Notes: generated by a model not told the origin, from the sequence alone. A DNA stretch of 32,481 nucleotides from Azospirillum sp. (GCA_040377415.1 JBEIOT010000001.1:1-32481); one strand, 5' to 3'; shown: positions 10,633 through 19,768, counted from the first letter of the stretch. Made by a program: numbers and translations.

Positions 10633-12046
10633 CGGCGCTCTCCAGTTCGCGGGCGTTGGCCTCGATGGCCTCGACCACAATATCCATACGCGAACCGCGC
10701 GAACCTTTCACTAGCACCAGATCATGCGGACGCAGCGCCAGCACCACCACCGGAGCGAGCTCCGTGCTGGTCGCACGGTAAGCGCCCTTCATGCTTTCGG
10801 GCAGCGAATCATACAGTTTCTGCATGAATGTGCCGGCTGCGAACACTAAGCCCATCTGGTTGTTCACCAGCGCGGGGGCCAGGCCCACATGCATCTCTTC
10901 GCTGTGTTCGCCAAGCTCCAGCATGTCGCCCATCACCACCACGGTGCGGGTGTCATCGTGACGTGCCGCATCGCGCAGGTCGGCAAGCTTCTCGAATGCA
11001 CCGGCCATCGAGATCGGCGAGGCATTGTAGCAATCATCCACCAGCTTCAGGTGGCCACCTTTCACAGCAAGTTTCTTGATCTGGCCGCGACCCTTGGGCT
11101 CGCTGAAATATTCCAGTGATGCAGCGCTTTTGGCAACATCCAGCCCCAACGCGTCGATCATACCGAGCACGGCGACGGACATCAGCGCCCAGTGTTTACC
11201 CACCGTGCCGATGCGATATTCAATGGCCGTCCCCGCGATGGTCGCATCGACCACCGAATGCATGTCCTCGACCTGATAATGCGCAAGGCGGCAGTTCACG
11301 CCTTCGGCGGTGCCGAACATCAGCACTCGATCAAGTTCTTTCGTTTCGGCATAGTGACGAATGCGCATGGCGTGTGCGTTGTCACCATTAATGACGGCAA
11401 CGCCTTTACCGCCCATGCCATCGAAGATACTGGCTTTCTCATCGGCAATGGCTTCAACGCTTTTAAAGTATTCGATATGCACTGCGGCAACGGTGGTGAT
11501 AAGCGCCGCGTGCGGCTTCACCCAATGCGACAGACGTGCAATTTCACCCTCGTTGCTCATCCCCATCTCGATCACGGCGAACTGCGTATCCAGCGGCATG
11601 TTGGCGAGGTTCAAAGGTACGCCCAGATGGTTGTTGAGATTGCCTTTGGTCGCATGCACTTTGCCTTGATTGGCCAGCGCCGTAGCGAGCATTTCTTTCG
11701 CACCCGTTTTGCCGACGGAACCAGTCACGCCGATGAATGTTGCTTTGCTACGCGCACGGGCGGCAATGCCCAGATTCTGTAGCGCTGCTTCTACATCTTT
11801 CACCAAGATTTGCTGCGCGGCATCCACGCCCGCGACCAGCTTAGAAACCAGCGCACCAGCGGCACCTTTTTCCAGTGCGCCTTTCACATGCGCGTGACCG
11901 TCCACCTTGCTACCCGGCAACGCCACGAACAGCGCACCCTTCTCCATCGTGCGCGTATCGATGCTCACGCTCGTTGCGCTCCATGTGCCGGTGGTCTTGC
12001 CTTTCGTTGCGGTGGCAATATCGGCTGCGCTCCATTGGGTACTCAT
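10622..12046 (-). CDS. murF: UDP-MurNAc-tripeptide--D-alanyl-D-alanine ligase MurF
   Basis: [44 protein letters not shown] overlap with the murE stop. Confidence 0.93.
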   Translation of the reverse strand: MSTQWSAADIATATKGKTTGTWSATSVSIDTRTMEKGALFVALPGSKVDGHAHVKGALEKGAAGALVSKLVAGVDAAQQILVKDVEAALQNLGIAARARSKATFIGVTGSVGKTGAKEMLATALANQGKVHATKGNLNNHLGVPLNLANMPLDTQFAVIEMGMSNEGEIARLSHWVKPHAALITTVAAVHIEYFKSVEAIADEKASIFDGMGGKGVAVINGDNAHAMRIRHYAETKELDRVLMFGTAEGVNCRLAHYQVEDMHSVVDATIAGTAIEYRIGTVGKHWALMSVAVLGMIDALGLDVAKSAASLEYFSEPKGRGQIKKLAVKGGHLKLVDDCYNASPISMAGAFEKLADLRDAARHDDTRTVVVMGDMLELGEHSEEMHVGLAPALVNNQMGLVFAAGTFMQKLYDSLPESMKGAYRATSTELAPVVVLALRPHDLVLVKGSRGSRMDIVVEAIEANARELESADAV

Positions 12047-13515
12047 GATCGGACTGCCTTCCTGATGTGTTCTGCATCACTGAAATGAATGGACTGCGTA
12101 CCGATCGTTTGCGTGGTCTCATGGCCTTTTCCAGCAACGACAAGCACGTCGCCAGGCTCTAGTTTTTGCACTGCAACAACAATTGCTGCACTGCGGTCGG
12201 GTAATTCTGTTGCACCGCTTGCTTCAGCCATAATGGCCGCGCGAATGGCAGCGGGATCTTCGCTACGCGGGTTGTCATCCGTCACCATCACCACATCGGC
12301 GAATTGTGCGGCGGCCGCACCCATCTCAGGGCGTTTGCCTTTGTCGCGATCGCCGCCAGCACCGAACAACACATGCAGTTTTCCGGTGGTGTGGGGACGC
12401 AGGGTTTTAAGGATATTGGCCAGCGCGGCAGGGGTGTGTGCGTAATCAACAAAGATCGGTGCACCGTTCTGCTCAGCGATCTTCTCAAGACGACCCGGTA
12501 CGCCCGCGAGGCGCGGTAAGTGGGTCTTCACTACACCCTCAATTTCATTCGGCTTGAGGTCCAGCATGGCCAGTGCACCAAGGATATTCTGCAGTTGGAA
12601 CGCGCCATAAAGGGGCAGCGAAACGCTGTGCGCCTTGCCGTAGATATTCAGTTCAGCATCCAGCCCGCCCGCATGCGGTGTTACTGATGCGATGCGATAA
12701 TCAGCACCCTCGGCATAACCGAAGCTACGCACGCGAATGCCGCGTTTATCGCAGATAGTTTTCAGCGCATCATATTGCGCATCGTCGCGATTCAGCACCG
12801 CAAGACCGGTAACGGGCAGCACTTCGCTAAATAAGCGTGCTTTGGCTTCACCATAGGCTTCCACGCTGCCATGGTAATCAAGATGGTCACGCGTGAGGTT
12901 GGTGAATGCTGCAGCATTGAAGCGCAGACCATCAAGGCGCTTTTGGTCCAGCCCATGGCTACTGGCTTCGATGGCGACATGCGTAATACCCGCGTCGGCC
13001 AGCGACGACAGGATGCGGCGAGTCAGCACCGGTTCCGGCGAGGTGTTGATGGCCGGGAATTGCTTGTTGAGCATATCGACGCCCGAGCGCAGGCCCAGTG
13101 TGCCGATGCTGGCTGATTTATGACCAAGCATGGTGGCCAGCTGGCGCACAAAATCGGCTGTGCTGGTCTTGCCATCGGTGCCTGTCACGGCATATTGGAA
13201 TTCTGGCTGCTGCGGATAGAGCGCATCGGCCAACGCGGAAATGGCGTGGCGGGCGTCTTTCACATGCAGAATTGCTGCGGTCGTCGCCATGCCGATTTTG
13301 CTGCCATGATCGAGCACAATGGCAGCCGCGCCGCGTTGCAGTGCGTCAGGAATATATTGCACGCCGTCGACACTCACCCCGCGCAGCGCCACGAAGATGC
13401 TGCCGTGCTTCACCGCACGCGAATCGGCCGTGATGTCGGTGATGAGCACGGTGGCGTCACCGGTCATTTCACCCTGCAATTGGGCGCGCGTGATGAGATC
13501 AGAAAGAAGCGGCAC
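12043..13515 (-). CDS. murE: UDP-MurNAc-L-Ala-D-Glu--2,6-diaminopimelate ligase MurE
   Basis: ITADSRAVKHGSIFVALRG, VTGTDGKTSTA, DYAHTP, DNPRSEDP. GTG start at 13515 overlaps the ftsI 3' end by 17 nt. Confidence 0.93.
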   Translation of the reverse strand: MPLLSDLITRAQLQGEMTGDATVLITDITADSRAVKHGSIFVALRGVSVDGVQYIPDALQRGAAAIVLDHGSKIGMATTAAILHVKDARHAISALADALYPQQPEFQYAVTGTDGKTSTADFVRQLATMLGHKSASIGTLGLRSGVDMLNKQFPAINTSPEPVLTRRILSSLADAGITHVAIEASSHGLDQKRLDGLRFNAAAFTNLTRDHLDYHGSVEAYGEAKARLFSEVLPVTGLAVLNRDDAQYDALKTICDKRGIRVRSFGYAEGADYRIASVTPHAGGLDAELNIYGKAHSVSLPLYGAFQLQNILGALAMLDLKPNEIEGVVKTHLPRLAGVPGRLEKIAEQNGAPIFVDYAHTPAALANILKTLRPHTTGKLHVLFGAGGDRDKGKRPEMGAAAAQFADVVMVTDDNPRSEDPAAIRAAIMAEASGATELPDRSAAIVVAVQKLEPGDVLVVAGKGHETTQTIGTQSIHFSDAEHIRKAVRS

Positions 13516-15325
13516 GGATGGCTCCTTGCTGAAGATGTTTCATGCGGCGTTCTTCGGCGGCTTGGGCGCGGCCTTCGGCGCTCGCCCACATCGCATCGAC
13601 GCGCGCATTGTCGTACATAAAGTCGGGCTTCATACCCAGCAGCGGGCCCATGCGCTGCACCAACCGGCCCACCACCGGCGCGCTCACCCAGCCGCCCGTT
13701 GCATAGCCGTAGCTCGCCTTGGTGCCCTTGGGTTCATCGACCATTACGAGGATGGCGTATTTAGGATCGCTCACTGGGAACACACCCGTGAACAGCGCAA
13801 TTTTTGCATCCTGCGAGTAACCACGGCCCGTAATTTTCTCGGCAGTGCCGGTCTTGCCGCCCACAGCATAACCCGGCGCGTTCGCGGCTTTAGCGGTGCC
13901 GTGCTCGACCACTAGGCTCATCATGTCGCGCATGTCGAGAACGGTCTGCTCCTTCACGATGCGCGGGCCCACTTCTTTACCTTCGTTGCCCCCCTTCACC
14001 AGCGTGACGGGGTGCAGGCGGCCATCACCGGCGATGGCGGCAATGCCGCGCACGAGATGGATCGGCGAGACAGAAATACCGTGGCCGTAGGAAACCGTCA
14101 TCGTCGCGAGATCGCCCCATTGGCGCGGCAATTGCGGCTTGGCCAGTTCTGGCACCTCGAGCTTCACGGGCTCGAACATGCCAAGGTTGCGCAGGAATTC
14201 TTGCTGGCGCGTTTTGCCAATAGCGAGCGCGGCTTTCGCGGTGCCGATATTGCTGGAGTACGCGTAGATCTCGGGCAAGCTAAGCCAGCGGCCTTTGCCG
14301 TGGAAATCGGTAATGGTGAAGCCCGCCATGCGCAGCGGCTGCGACGCATCGTAGCCATCGCTGATGCGGTTCACGCCATATTCCAGCGCTGCCGCCATGG
14401 TGAAGCTTTTGAAGGTCGAACCCATTTCATACGCACCAAGCGTCGCGCGGTTGAACATAGCGTTCGCATCGGCTTTGCCCGGTGCGTTGGGGTCGAACTC
14501 CGGCAGGTTGGTCACGGCGATGAGCTCGCCAGTGCGAATATCCATCACCACGCCGGTCCCTCCGATGGCGCTGAATTCTTTCACCGCTTTGGAAAGCTCG
14601 TCGCGCAGCATGCTCTGCACGCGCAGGTCGAGCGACAACTGCAGCGGCTGCTTCTTGCTGGGGTCTTCCAGCTGCGCGTCAAAATGTTTTTCGATGCCGG
14701 CGAGACCTTGGTTATCGACGCCCACATAGCCAAGGATATGCGCGAACAACCCGCCATAGGGATAGACGCGGCGCGTATCCGGCTCGAAGAACAGGCCCGG
14801 AACGCCAAGGTTATTCACCGCTTCCTGCTCGCTCGGCGTTAGGTGACGCTTGATGTAGAGGAACGTCGAGCGCTTCTTCATCAGCTCGCTGTAAAGGCGG
14901 TCATAGCTTTGGTCAGGGAAGATTTTGTGCAGGCCGGAAGCCACTTCTTTTTCGTGGCGAATGATGGTGGGGTTGGCCACCAGCGATGCGGTCTGGATGC
15001 TGGTCGCCAGCACCATGCCATTGCGATCCACCACTTCGCGGCGCACGATCTTCTCATCCTCGGCGGCCTTGGAAACATCCACATCGTCGTCGCCAGCGAT
15101 CAGCAACTCAGGGTGCATCACCAACTTACGGAATGGCAGATCGCCGCCGCCCATCAGGCTTACTTCCAGTAGGCGCACATTGAGCGCGAGGAAGAACAGA
15201 CCAAAGAACGTTGCCACGCAGACCGCACGAATGCGGGTCTCACCCATCGCACGCACGTGCGAGGATTCACCTTTGACCACACGGCTAGCGGGCCGCGCGG
15301 CGGGTCTGCGTGGGCGTACCGGCAT
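13499..15325 (-). CDS. ftsI: Peptidoglycan D,D-transpeptidase FtsI (class B PBP, PBP3)
   Basis: N-terminal TM anchor plus the class B PBP active-site triad SxxK (GSTFKSF), SxN (YSSNIG) and KTG (GGKTGTAEK). TAATG junction with the ftsL stop. Confidence 0.94.
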   Translation of the reverse strand: MPVRPRRPAARPASRVVKGESSHVRAMGETRIRAVCVATFFGLFFLALNVRLLEVSLMGGGDLPFRKLVMHPELLIAGDDDVDVSKAAEDEKIVRREVVDRNGMVLATSIQTASLVANPTIIRHEKEVASGLHKIFPDQSYDRLYSELMKKRSTFLYIKRHLTPSEQEAVNNLGVPGLFFEPDTRRVYPYGGLFAHILGYVGVDNQGLAGIEKHFDAQLEDPSKKQPLQLSLDLRVQSMLRDELSKAVKEFSAIGGTGVVMDIRTGELIAVTNLPEFDPNAPGKADANAMFNRATLGAYEMGSTFKSFTMAAALEYGVNRISDGYDASQPLRMAGFTITDFHGKGRWLSLPEIYAYSSNIGTAKAALAIGKTRQQEFLRNLGMFEPVKLEVPELAKPQLPRQWGDLATMTVSYGHGISVSPIHLVRGIAAIAGDGRLHPVTLVKGGNEGKEVGPRIVKEQTVLDMRDMMSLVVEHGTAKAANAPGYAVGGKTGTAEKITGRGYSQDAKIALFTGVFPVSDPKYAILVMVDEPKGTKASYGYATGGWVSAPVVGRLVQRMGPLLGMKPDFMYDNARVDAMWASAEGRAQAAEERRMKHLQQGAIRAASF

Positions 15326-15660
15326 TAATGCGCCACCGCAGGAGTGGCATGCAGGTACGGATCGCTCGCCTCGGGCGCTTCGAAGGCAGCAGGCAATACG
15401 CCGACATCTTGGATCTGGCGGCTATCGAGCGGTTGCAGCATCAGGTGTTTATCCGAAAGCGCGTGCAGGCGCTCGGGGCGGTTCAGGTAAGCCCATTCGG
15501 CGTTGAGCAAATGCAGCGATTCATCTTCGCGAGCGACTTGCGTTTCAAGCTTAGCGACATCGCGCTGCACGTCTTCCACCACATGCTTCACGAGGTAAAG
15601 ACCAACGGCAGCAATGCCGAAGCACACCATCGCGATGATGCTGACAAAATGGTTACTCAT
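15325..15660 (-). CDS. ftsL: Cell division protein FtsL (alphaproteobacterial type)
   Basis: 111 aa from ATG 15660, with AGGAG 7 nt upstream. Single TM (FVSIIAMVCFGIAAVGLYLV) followed by a coiled-coil-like segment. Lies between rsmH and ftsI. The track's upstream extension to 15714 would overlap rsmH and is rejected. Confidence 0.85.
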   Translation of the reverse strand: MSNHFVSIIAMVCFGIAAVGLYLVKHVVEDVQRDVAKLETQVAREDESLHLLNAEWAYLNRPERLHALSDKHLMLQPLDSRQIQDVGVLPAAFEAPEASDPYLHATPAVAH

Positions 15661-15671
15661 ACTGGCGCTCC

Positions 15672-16640
15672 TTAGGCTGCGGCGGATATCGGGATCGCTG
15701 TGCGGGTAGCACAACGCAGCTTTGCCGAGCGGGCGCGGGGATTCGTGTTCACCTCTTGTTCGGACGGGGCGATAGCACGTTGGGGTGTGAGTTCAAAAAT
15801 GGCGGTGGACGTTAAAGAATTGGGCAGCAACGCAGCCGGGTCGTGGCGCGAAATTTTCTGGGCGCGGTCGGAACGCGAAAGCATGAATTGCTTTACGATG
15901 CGATCCTCCAGCGAGTGGAATGAAACGATGACAAGACGACCGCCGGGCTTGAGCAGGTTTTCCGCAGCGACCAGCGCGGCTTCAAGCTCAGCCAGCTCCT
16001 GATTCACTTCGATACGCAGCGCCTGGAAAGTGCGCGTCGCCGGGTGGATCTTCATTTTGCCCGCACCGCGAACGGCAGCTTTCACCAGATCAGCAAGCTG
16101 TTTGGTGGTCGTGATGGGCTCAAGCGCGCGATTATTCACGATGCTGCGGGCGATGCGTTTCGCGTCGCGCTCTTCGCCATATTCGAACAGGATGCGAATG
16201 AGGTCGGCTTCGCTGTAGTTATTCACCACATCGGCAGCGCTCACACCCTCCTGGCTCATGCGCATATCGAGCGCGGCATCCCTCATGAAGGAAAACCCAC
16301 GGTCGCTATCGTCGATCTGCATCGAGCTCACACCCACATCGAGCACGATGGCGTCGACTTGGGTGATGCCAGCTTCGGTCAGCACGTCGAGCATCGCGGA
16401 GAACCGCGACGCGAAGAATAAAAAATGCCCAGGAGCGAACTCCTGGGCGAGCGCATCGGCAAGTAACTTGACTTCGGGATCGCGGTCGAACGCGATAACC
16501 TTGCAGGATGCGGCCTGCAAAAGCGCGCGGCTGTAACCACCGGCGCCGAATGTTCCATCGACGATAATGTCGCCATCGCGCGGGGCGACGGCAGCGATCA
16601 TCTCATTCTTCATCACCGGATTGTGGCGCGCCTCGCTCAT
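15672..16640 (-). CDS. rsmH: 16S rRNA (cytosine1402-N4)-methyltransferase RsmH (MraW)
   Basis: HNPVMKNEMI, VDGTFGAGGYS, DVGVSSMQID, SFHSLEDRIVKQF. ATG 16640 forms an ATGA overlap with the mraZ stop. Confidence 0.94.
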   Translation of the reverse strand: MSEARHNPVMKNEMIAAVAPRDGDIIVDGTFGAGGYSRALLQAASCKVIAFDRDPEVKLLADALAQEFAPGHFLFFASRFSAMLDVLTEAGITQVDAIVLDVGVSSMQIDDSDRGFSFMRDAALDMRMSQEGVSAADVVNNYSEADLIRILFEYGEERDAKRIARSIVNNRALEPITTTKQLADLVKAAVRGAGKMKIHPATRTFQALRIEVNQELAELEAALVAAENLLKPGGRLVIVSFHSLEDRIVKQFMLSRSDRAQKISRHDPAALLPNSLTSTAIFELTPQRAIAPSEQEVNTNPRARSAKLRCATRTAIPISAAA

Positions 16641-17104
16641 GCGGCGCCTCCGGTATTCGTCTCGGCCTTCAGGCTGAGACGCTTTGAAAGCGCCAGCTTG
16701 CGGGCGGCTTCCTGGTGTTTGGCGAAGGCGGCAGGCGCCCAAATTTCGAACGTGGCGCCCTTGCCCACGAAAACGGCATTGCCGTCGATACCGGCGGCTT
16801 TCAGCAAGCCCTCAGGGATCACCGCGCGGCCCTCATTGTCGAACGGCAGCTGCACCGACCCACCAAGGATGGCGGTAGCGAAGGCATCGCGCTCTTCCGA
16901 GAACGGGTCGAGCGATTCCATTTGCGCGTAGAGTTTCTCAAGGCGCTGCATGCCGCAGACTTCGATGCAGCCATGCACGAAGCTGCTGTAGGCGATCATG
17001 CCGTTGTAGTTCTGGGCCGACAGAACAGCACGGAAGGCTGGCGGCACGGACACGCGCCCCTTCTTGTCGATTTGCTTTTCAAATGTCGAAAGAAACAGTG
17101 CCAC
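16637..17104 (-). CDS. mraZ: Transcriptional regulator MraZ
   Basis: 155 aa with two SpoVT/AbrB-like repeats (DKKGRVSVPPAFR and DNEGRAVIPEGL). GTG start at 17104 with AAGGGGA about 8 nt upstream. First gene of the dcw cluster. Confidence 0.92.
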   Translation of the reverse strand: MALFLSTFEKQIDKKGRVSVPPAFRAVLSAQNYNGMIAYSSFVHGCIEVCGMQRLEKLYAQMESLDPFSEERDAFATAILGGSVQLPFDNEGRAVIPEGLLKAAGIDGNAVFVGKGATFEIWAPAAFAKHQEAARKLALSKRLSLKAETNTGGAA

Positions 17105-17300
17105 AGCACGCTTCCCCTTACTTGGTTATGGACCTGAACTGCCCATCGGGCAGCCCTTGAACGTGGTGACGCTTTCCAGCAACCGTTTGCGGTTAAACCG
17201 ACTGAACGTTTGCTTTCCCAAGGTTTTTTATTTGTTAAGTCTCAAAGGCTTGTTAAAATTCTTCAGATCTTCTGTGCGGAAGCTCCGAAAAACAGCCATT

Positions 17301-17340
17301 TGGGCTTTTTTGGAATTTCTTGGGAACACTTGGGAAAGTA
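17301..17340. promoter_or_regulatory. Candidate MraZ operator: four TGGGN-type pentamers at exact 10-nt phasing
   Basis: The plus strand reads TGGGCTTTTT TGGAATTTCT TGGGAACACT TGGGAAAGTA, with pentamers starting at 17301, 17311, 17321 and 17331. This is the same unit and spacing as the E. coli MraZ operator (TGGGN direct repeats, 5-nt spacers). Here the repeats read on the strand opposite to mraZ. Confidence 0.55.
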
Positions 17341-17363
17341 CGGAGTAAAACTGGGCCCGTCAA
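17335..17363 (-). promoter_or_regulatory. Candidate sigma70-type dcw (Pmra-like) promoter
   Basis: The minus strand reads TTGACG (17363..17358), a 17-nt spacer, then TACTTT (17340..17335). The -10 element overlaps the first TGGGA repeat. This implies a leader of about 220 nt before the mraZ GTG. Confidence 0.35.
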
Positions 17364-17467
17364 GGGACATTTTGGGCAATCGTACGGGGTGTTGAAAAAC
17401 GCCAAAAACTTGTCGCATAACGGCCACAAAGCCGGCGATCAGATGCAGGTTCGCTTAAGGGATTTGG

Positions 17468-18463
17468 CTAGAAAGGTGGGCGCGAGCCCTTATCGCTACC
17501 CTGCCCGTTCTGGGCAGGTGCGTTCGATTGAGTAGGCACCTCGGTCGCTTCGGTCGACACCAGGGGTTCAGCCGCCGGTTTCACCGTCGCCATCACTTGC
17601 GGCGGGAAGAAATCTTCGAGCTTAGGGCGCGGATTGCCCGCCATCAGCACTTCCCGCGAGGGCGCAACGATGGAATTTTCCACCGCATAGGGGGCTGGCG
17701 CGTTGTTAATGACGGGGTGAACATTCGTGTAGAGCAGCCAGTTCTGCGCCGGGTCACTCAGCGGCTTAATGGGCATGGGCAATCCCGTAGTAGCGTCGAT
17801 AATGACCGGCGCCACATAGCCCGGCAGCCGCTGCGCCTGCGCCAATGCACTCACTTGAGATTCGTTCGGGCCTAATTGACGCGTGGTCACATGCACATGT
17901 GGACCGGTGGCGTATCCGGTCATGCCCATTTCGCCGATGATCTGGCCTTGGCGCACGCGCTGGCCGGGATGCATATGCATCGACGTGCCGGCGCGCATAT
18001 GCGCATAGAAATCGAGCTCACCATTATCGTTCAACACCATCACGCTGTAACCCGCGTTCGCACTGAAATTGCCGACGTACAATACGGTTCCCGGCAGCAT
18101 CGCGACAACGTTCGCACCGCTGCCATAAGGTGCGATATCCAGCGCGGTGTGGCCGTCCGGCTTGCCCGTCGTCGGGTGAATGCGGCTGCCGTATTTCGCC
18201 GTGACGCGCGCATCGCGATCCAGCGGACTGGTGCGCATGGCGGTTCCCCACGGCTCCCCACTCGCGCGATGCTTCTCGAGTGCTTGCGTCAGGTACGCAT
18301 TGATGGAACCGTTGCGCGCTCGCTGAAAATCCTCGACCTGCGGCTTGGTCTTCAGCCCCGAATGCCATTGCGGCTGCTGCTTACCGTCCGTCGCATACTT
18401 CACCGCCGGCAAATTGCCAGCGGCCAGCGGAGCGTCTTGCTCGTTGTCGGGATCGGAATGCAT
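17468..18463 (-). CDS. M23 family (LytM-type) metallopeptidase with intact catalytic motifs and no detectable signal peptide
   Basis: 331 aa. HxxxD (GHTALDI), FYAHM and GMTGYATGPHVHV (HxH) are present. The N-terminus MHSDPDNEQDAPLAAGNLP is hydrophilic. The C-terminal ~130 aa are Pro/Ala-rich and low complexity. Confidence 0.85.
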   Translation of the reverse strand: MHSDPDNEQDAPLAAGNLPAVKYATDGKQQPQWHSGLKTKPQVEDFQRARNGSINAYLTQALEKHRASGEPWGTAMRTSPLDRDARVTAKYGSRIHPTTGKPDGHTALDIAPYGSGANVVAMLPGTVLYVGNFSANAGYSVMVLNDNGELDFYAHMRAGTSMHMHPGQRVRQGQIIGEMGMTGYATGPHVHVTTRQLGPNESQVSALAQAQRLPGYVAPVIIDATTGLPMPIKPLSDPAQNWLLYTNVHPVINNAPAPYAVENSIVAPSREVLMAGNPRPKLEDFFPPQVMATVKPAAEPLVSTEATEVPTQSNAPAQNGQGSDKGSRPPF

Positions 18464-18513
18464 CCATCCAATCTAACAAACATAAGCCGGAGTTATGTGA
18501 AGGTTCGATGAAG

Positions 18514-18537
18514 AAAACGGCAGTTAAATGCCGTTTT
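18514..18537 (-). terminator. Hairpin overlapping the stop of the upstream M23 gene (intrinsic-terminator-like)
   Basis: The minus strand reads AAAACGGCA-UUUAAC-UGCCGUUUU followed by CUUCAU. The stem is a perfect 9 bp including A/U ends. It separates the two M23 genes. Confidence 0.45.
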
Positions 18538-19594
18538 ACCGATGCTTGGCAGGCGGCTTGGGCGTACTCGCTTTCGCAGGCGGCGAGCCGAACAAGCCCA
18601 TCACATCACCCGCCAGATCAACCATATCGCTGGCTACCCCGGCGAATGTCCAGTCGTCGTCTTTCGCTTTTTTCGACGCAGACTGGGGCGCAGCCTTGGG
18701 TTTGGTTTTCACCGTGGCCGTGACAGGCAGCTGCACGTCCTTGTCGCTGAGCGGCTTGGCACTCGCCTTCACCGCATGATCAAGCGCCATGCGCATGGGG
18801 CCCGCAGGCATCGCATCACGCGCCATACGCAGATTGTCAAAATACTCCGGATTAAGGTCAGCCACCATCGCCGCGCGTACTCTGTCTCCCTTATCGGGAT
18901 CTTTTTTCCACAGCGTACGCGGTTCTGTCCGTTCCATATCGCGGAAAGTAATTCGATGGCCGAGCATATGCTCTAACCCATCGAGTGCTTTTTGCACTTC
19001 ACGGGCAGGTACAAATTTATGGCCGTTGCCTTTGCTTTTCTGCCAGCTCCAATCCTCGAAATCTGATTTCGGCAAGCCATCTGCATGCAGTGGCAGCATA
19101 CGCTCGGCGATATGCAGGCATTTTGCTGTGGTCACACCAGTGTCACCCATTCGCATGAGCGGTTGGCCACGAAAAACGGTATCGCCCGCTTTTACTTTCA
19201 ACGATCCCATTTCGCCATGCGCATAAGAATAGAGGGTGCCATTCGCACCGCCAATGATTACACTGATTCCCGATTCATCATCGGGGGTGCCAGCATACAG
19301 CACGCGTCCCGCGGTTGCGGTATTCACATTCACATCACGGCCCTTAGGACTAACGACCGTTGTTAGATCGATCGCACGATGAGTGCTGCTTGCGACTCCA
19401 CCGTTGGCTTTGCCGACATTGCGGTTACCAAAGGCCGAGCTTACCCGCAGTTCTTCGTTCACCGGCGGCATCGGCAGTTCACGGCTCATGCCATTCTCGC
19501 GCAAATCATCGAGCCACATGTCGAAATACGGCTTGATGGCCTTATCGACTTCGGCCTTCTGTCGCGCGCGGCGCTGTGCTGTAGTTTCGCTCAT
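18536..19594 (-). CDS. M23 family (LytM-domain) protein with a variant active site (CxH instead of HxH) and no detectable signal peptide
   Basis: 352 aa. HxxxD (THRAIDL) and SYAHGE are present, but the position of the canonical G.HLHFE motif reads TTAKCLHIAE. The N-terminus MSETTAQRRARQKAEVDK is hydrophilic. The C-terminal ~170 aa are unassigned and Lys/Pro/Ala-rich at the end. Confidence 0.8.
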   Translation of the reverse strand: MSETTAQRRARQKAEVDKAIKPYFDMWLDDLRENGMSRELPMPPVNEELRVSSAFGNRNVGKANGGVASSTHRAIDLTTVVSPKGRDVNVNTATAGRVLYAGTPDDESGISVIIGGANGTLYSYAHGEMGSLKVKAGDTVFRGQPLMRMGDTGVTTAKCLHIAERMLPLHADGLPKSDFEDWSWQKSKGNGHKFVPAREVQKALDGLEHMLGHRITFRDMERTEPRTLWKKDPDKGDRVRAAMVADLNPEYFDNLRMARDAMPAGPMRMALDHAVKASAKPLSDKDVQLPVTATVKTKPKAAPQSASKKAKDDDWTFAGVASDMVDLAGDVMGLFGSPPAKASTPKPPAKHR

Positions 19595-19688
19595 GCCCCA
19601 AGCTTACCGCTCAGCGATGAACAAAAAGTTAATACGGCATGACGGTTCGGTTAACACAGCGCCCCAAAAGCAAAAGCCCCGCTTTCGC

Positions 19689-19755
19689 AACGCGGCAGGA
19701 GCCGCGCCAGCCCTGAGCGGCGCGAGTTGCCGCTCAGGATGCGCGGTCGGCGAGC
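19689..19755 (+). repeat. Intergenic repeat, copy A (~67 nt) containing a perfect 10-bp hairpin
   Basis: AACGCGGCAGGAGCCGCGCCAGCCCTGAGCGGCGCGAGTTGCCGCTCAGGATGCGCGGTCGGCGAGC matches 27936..28002 in the same orientation with about 7 mismatches by hand alignment. The internal stem is CCTGAGCGGC/GCCGCTCAGG. Confidence 0.8.
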
Positions 19756-19768
19756 ATACAAATGATTA

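Noticed and set aside
17064-17535. Small plus-strand ORFs in the dcw leader at 17064..17348, 17210..17395 and 17320..17535.
   Set aside because: The region is an AT-rich intergenic leader and the ORFs have odd composition and no SD. It is better explained as promoter, operator and 5' UTR of mraZ.
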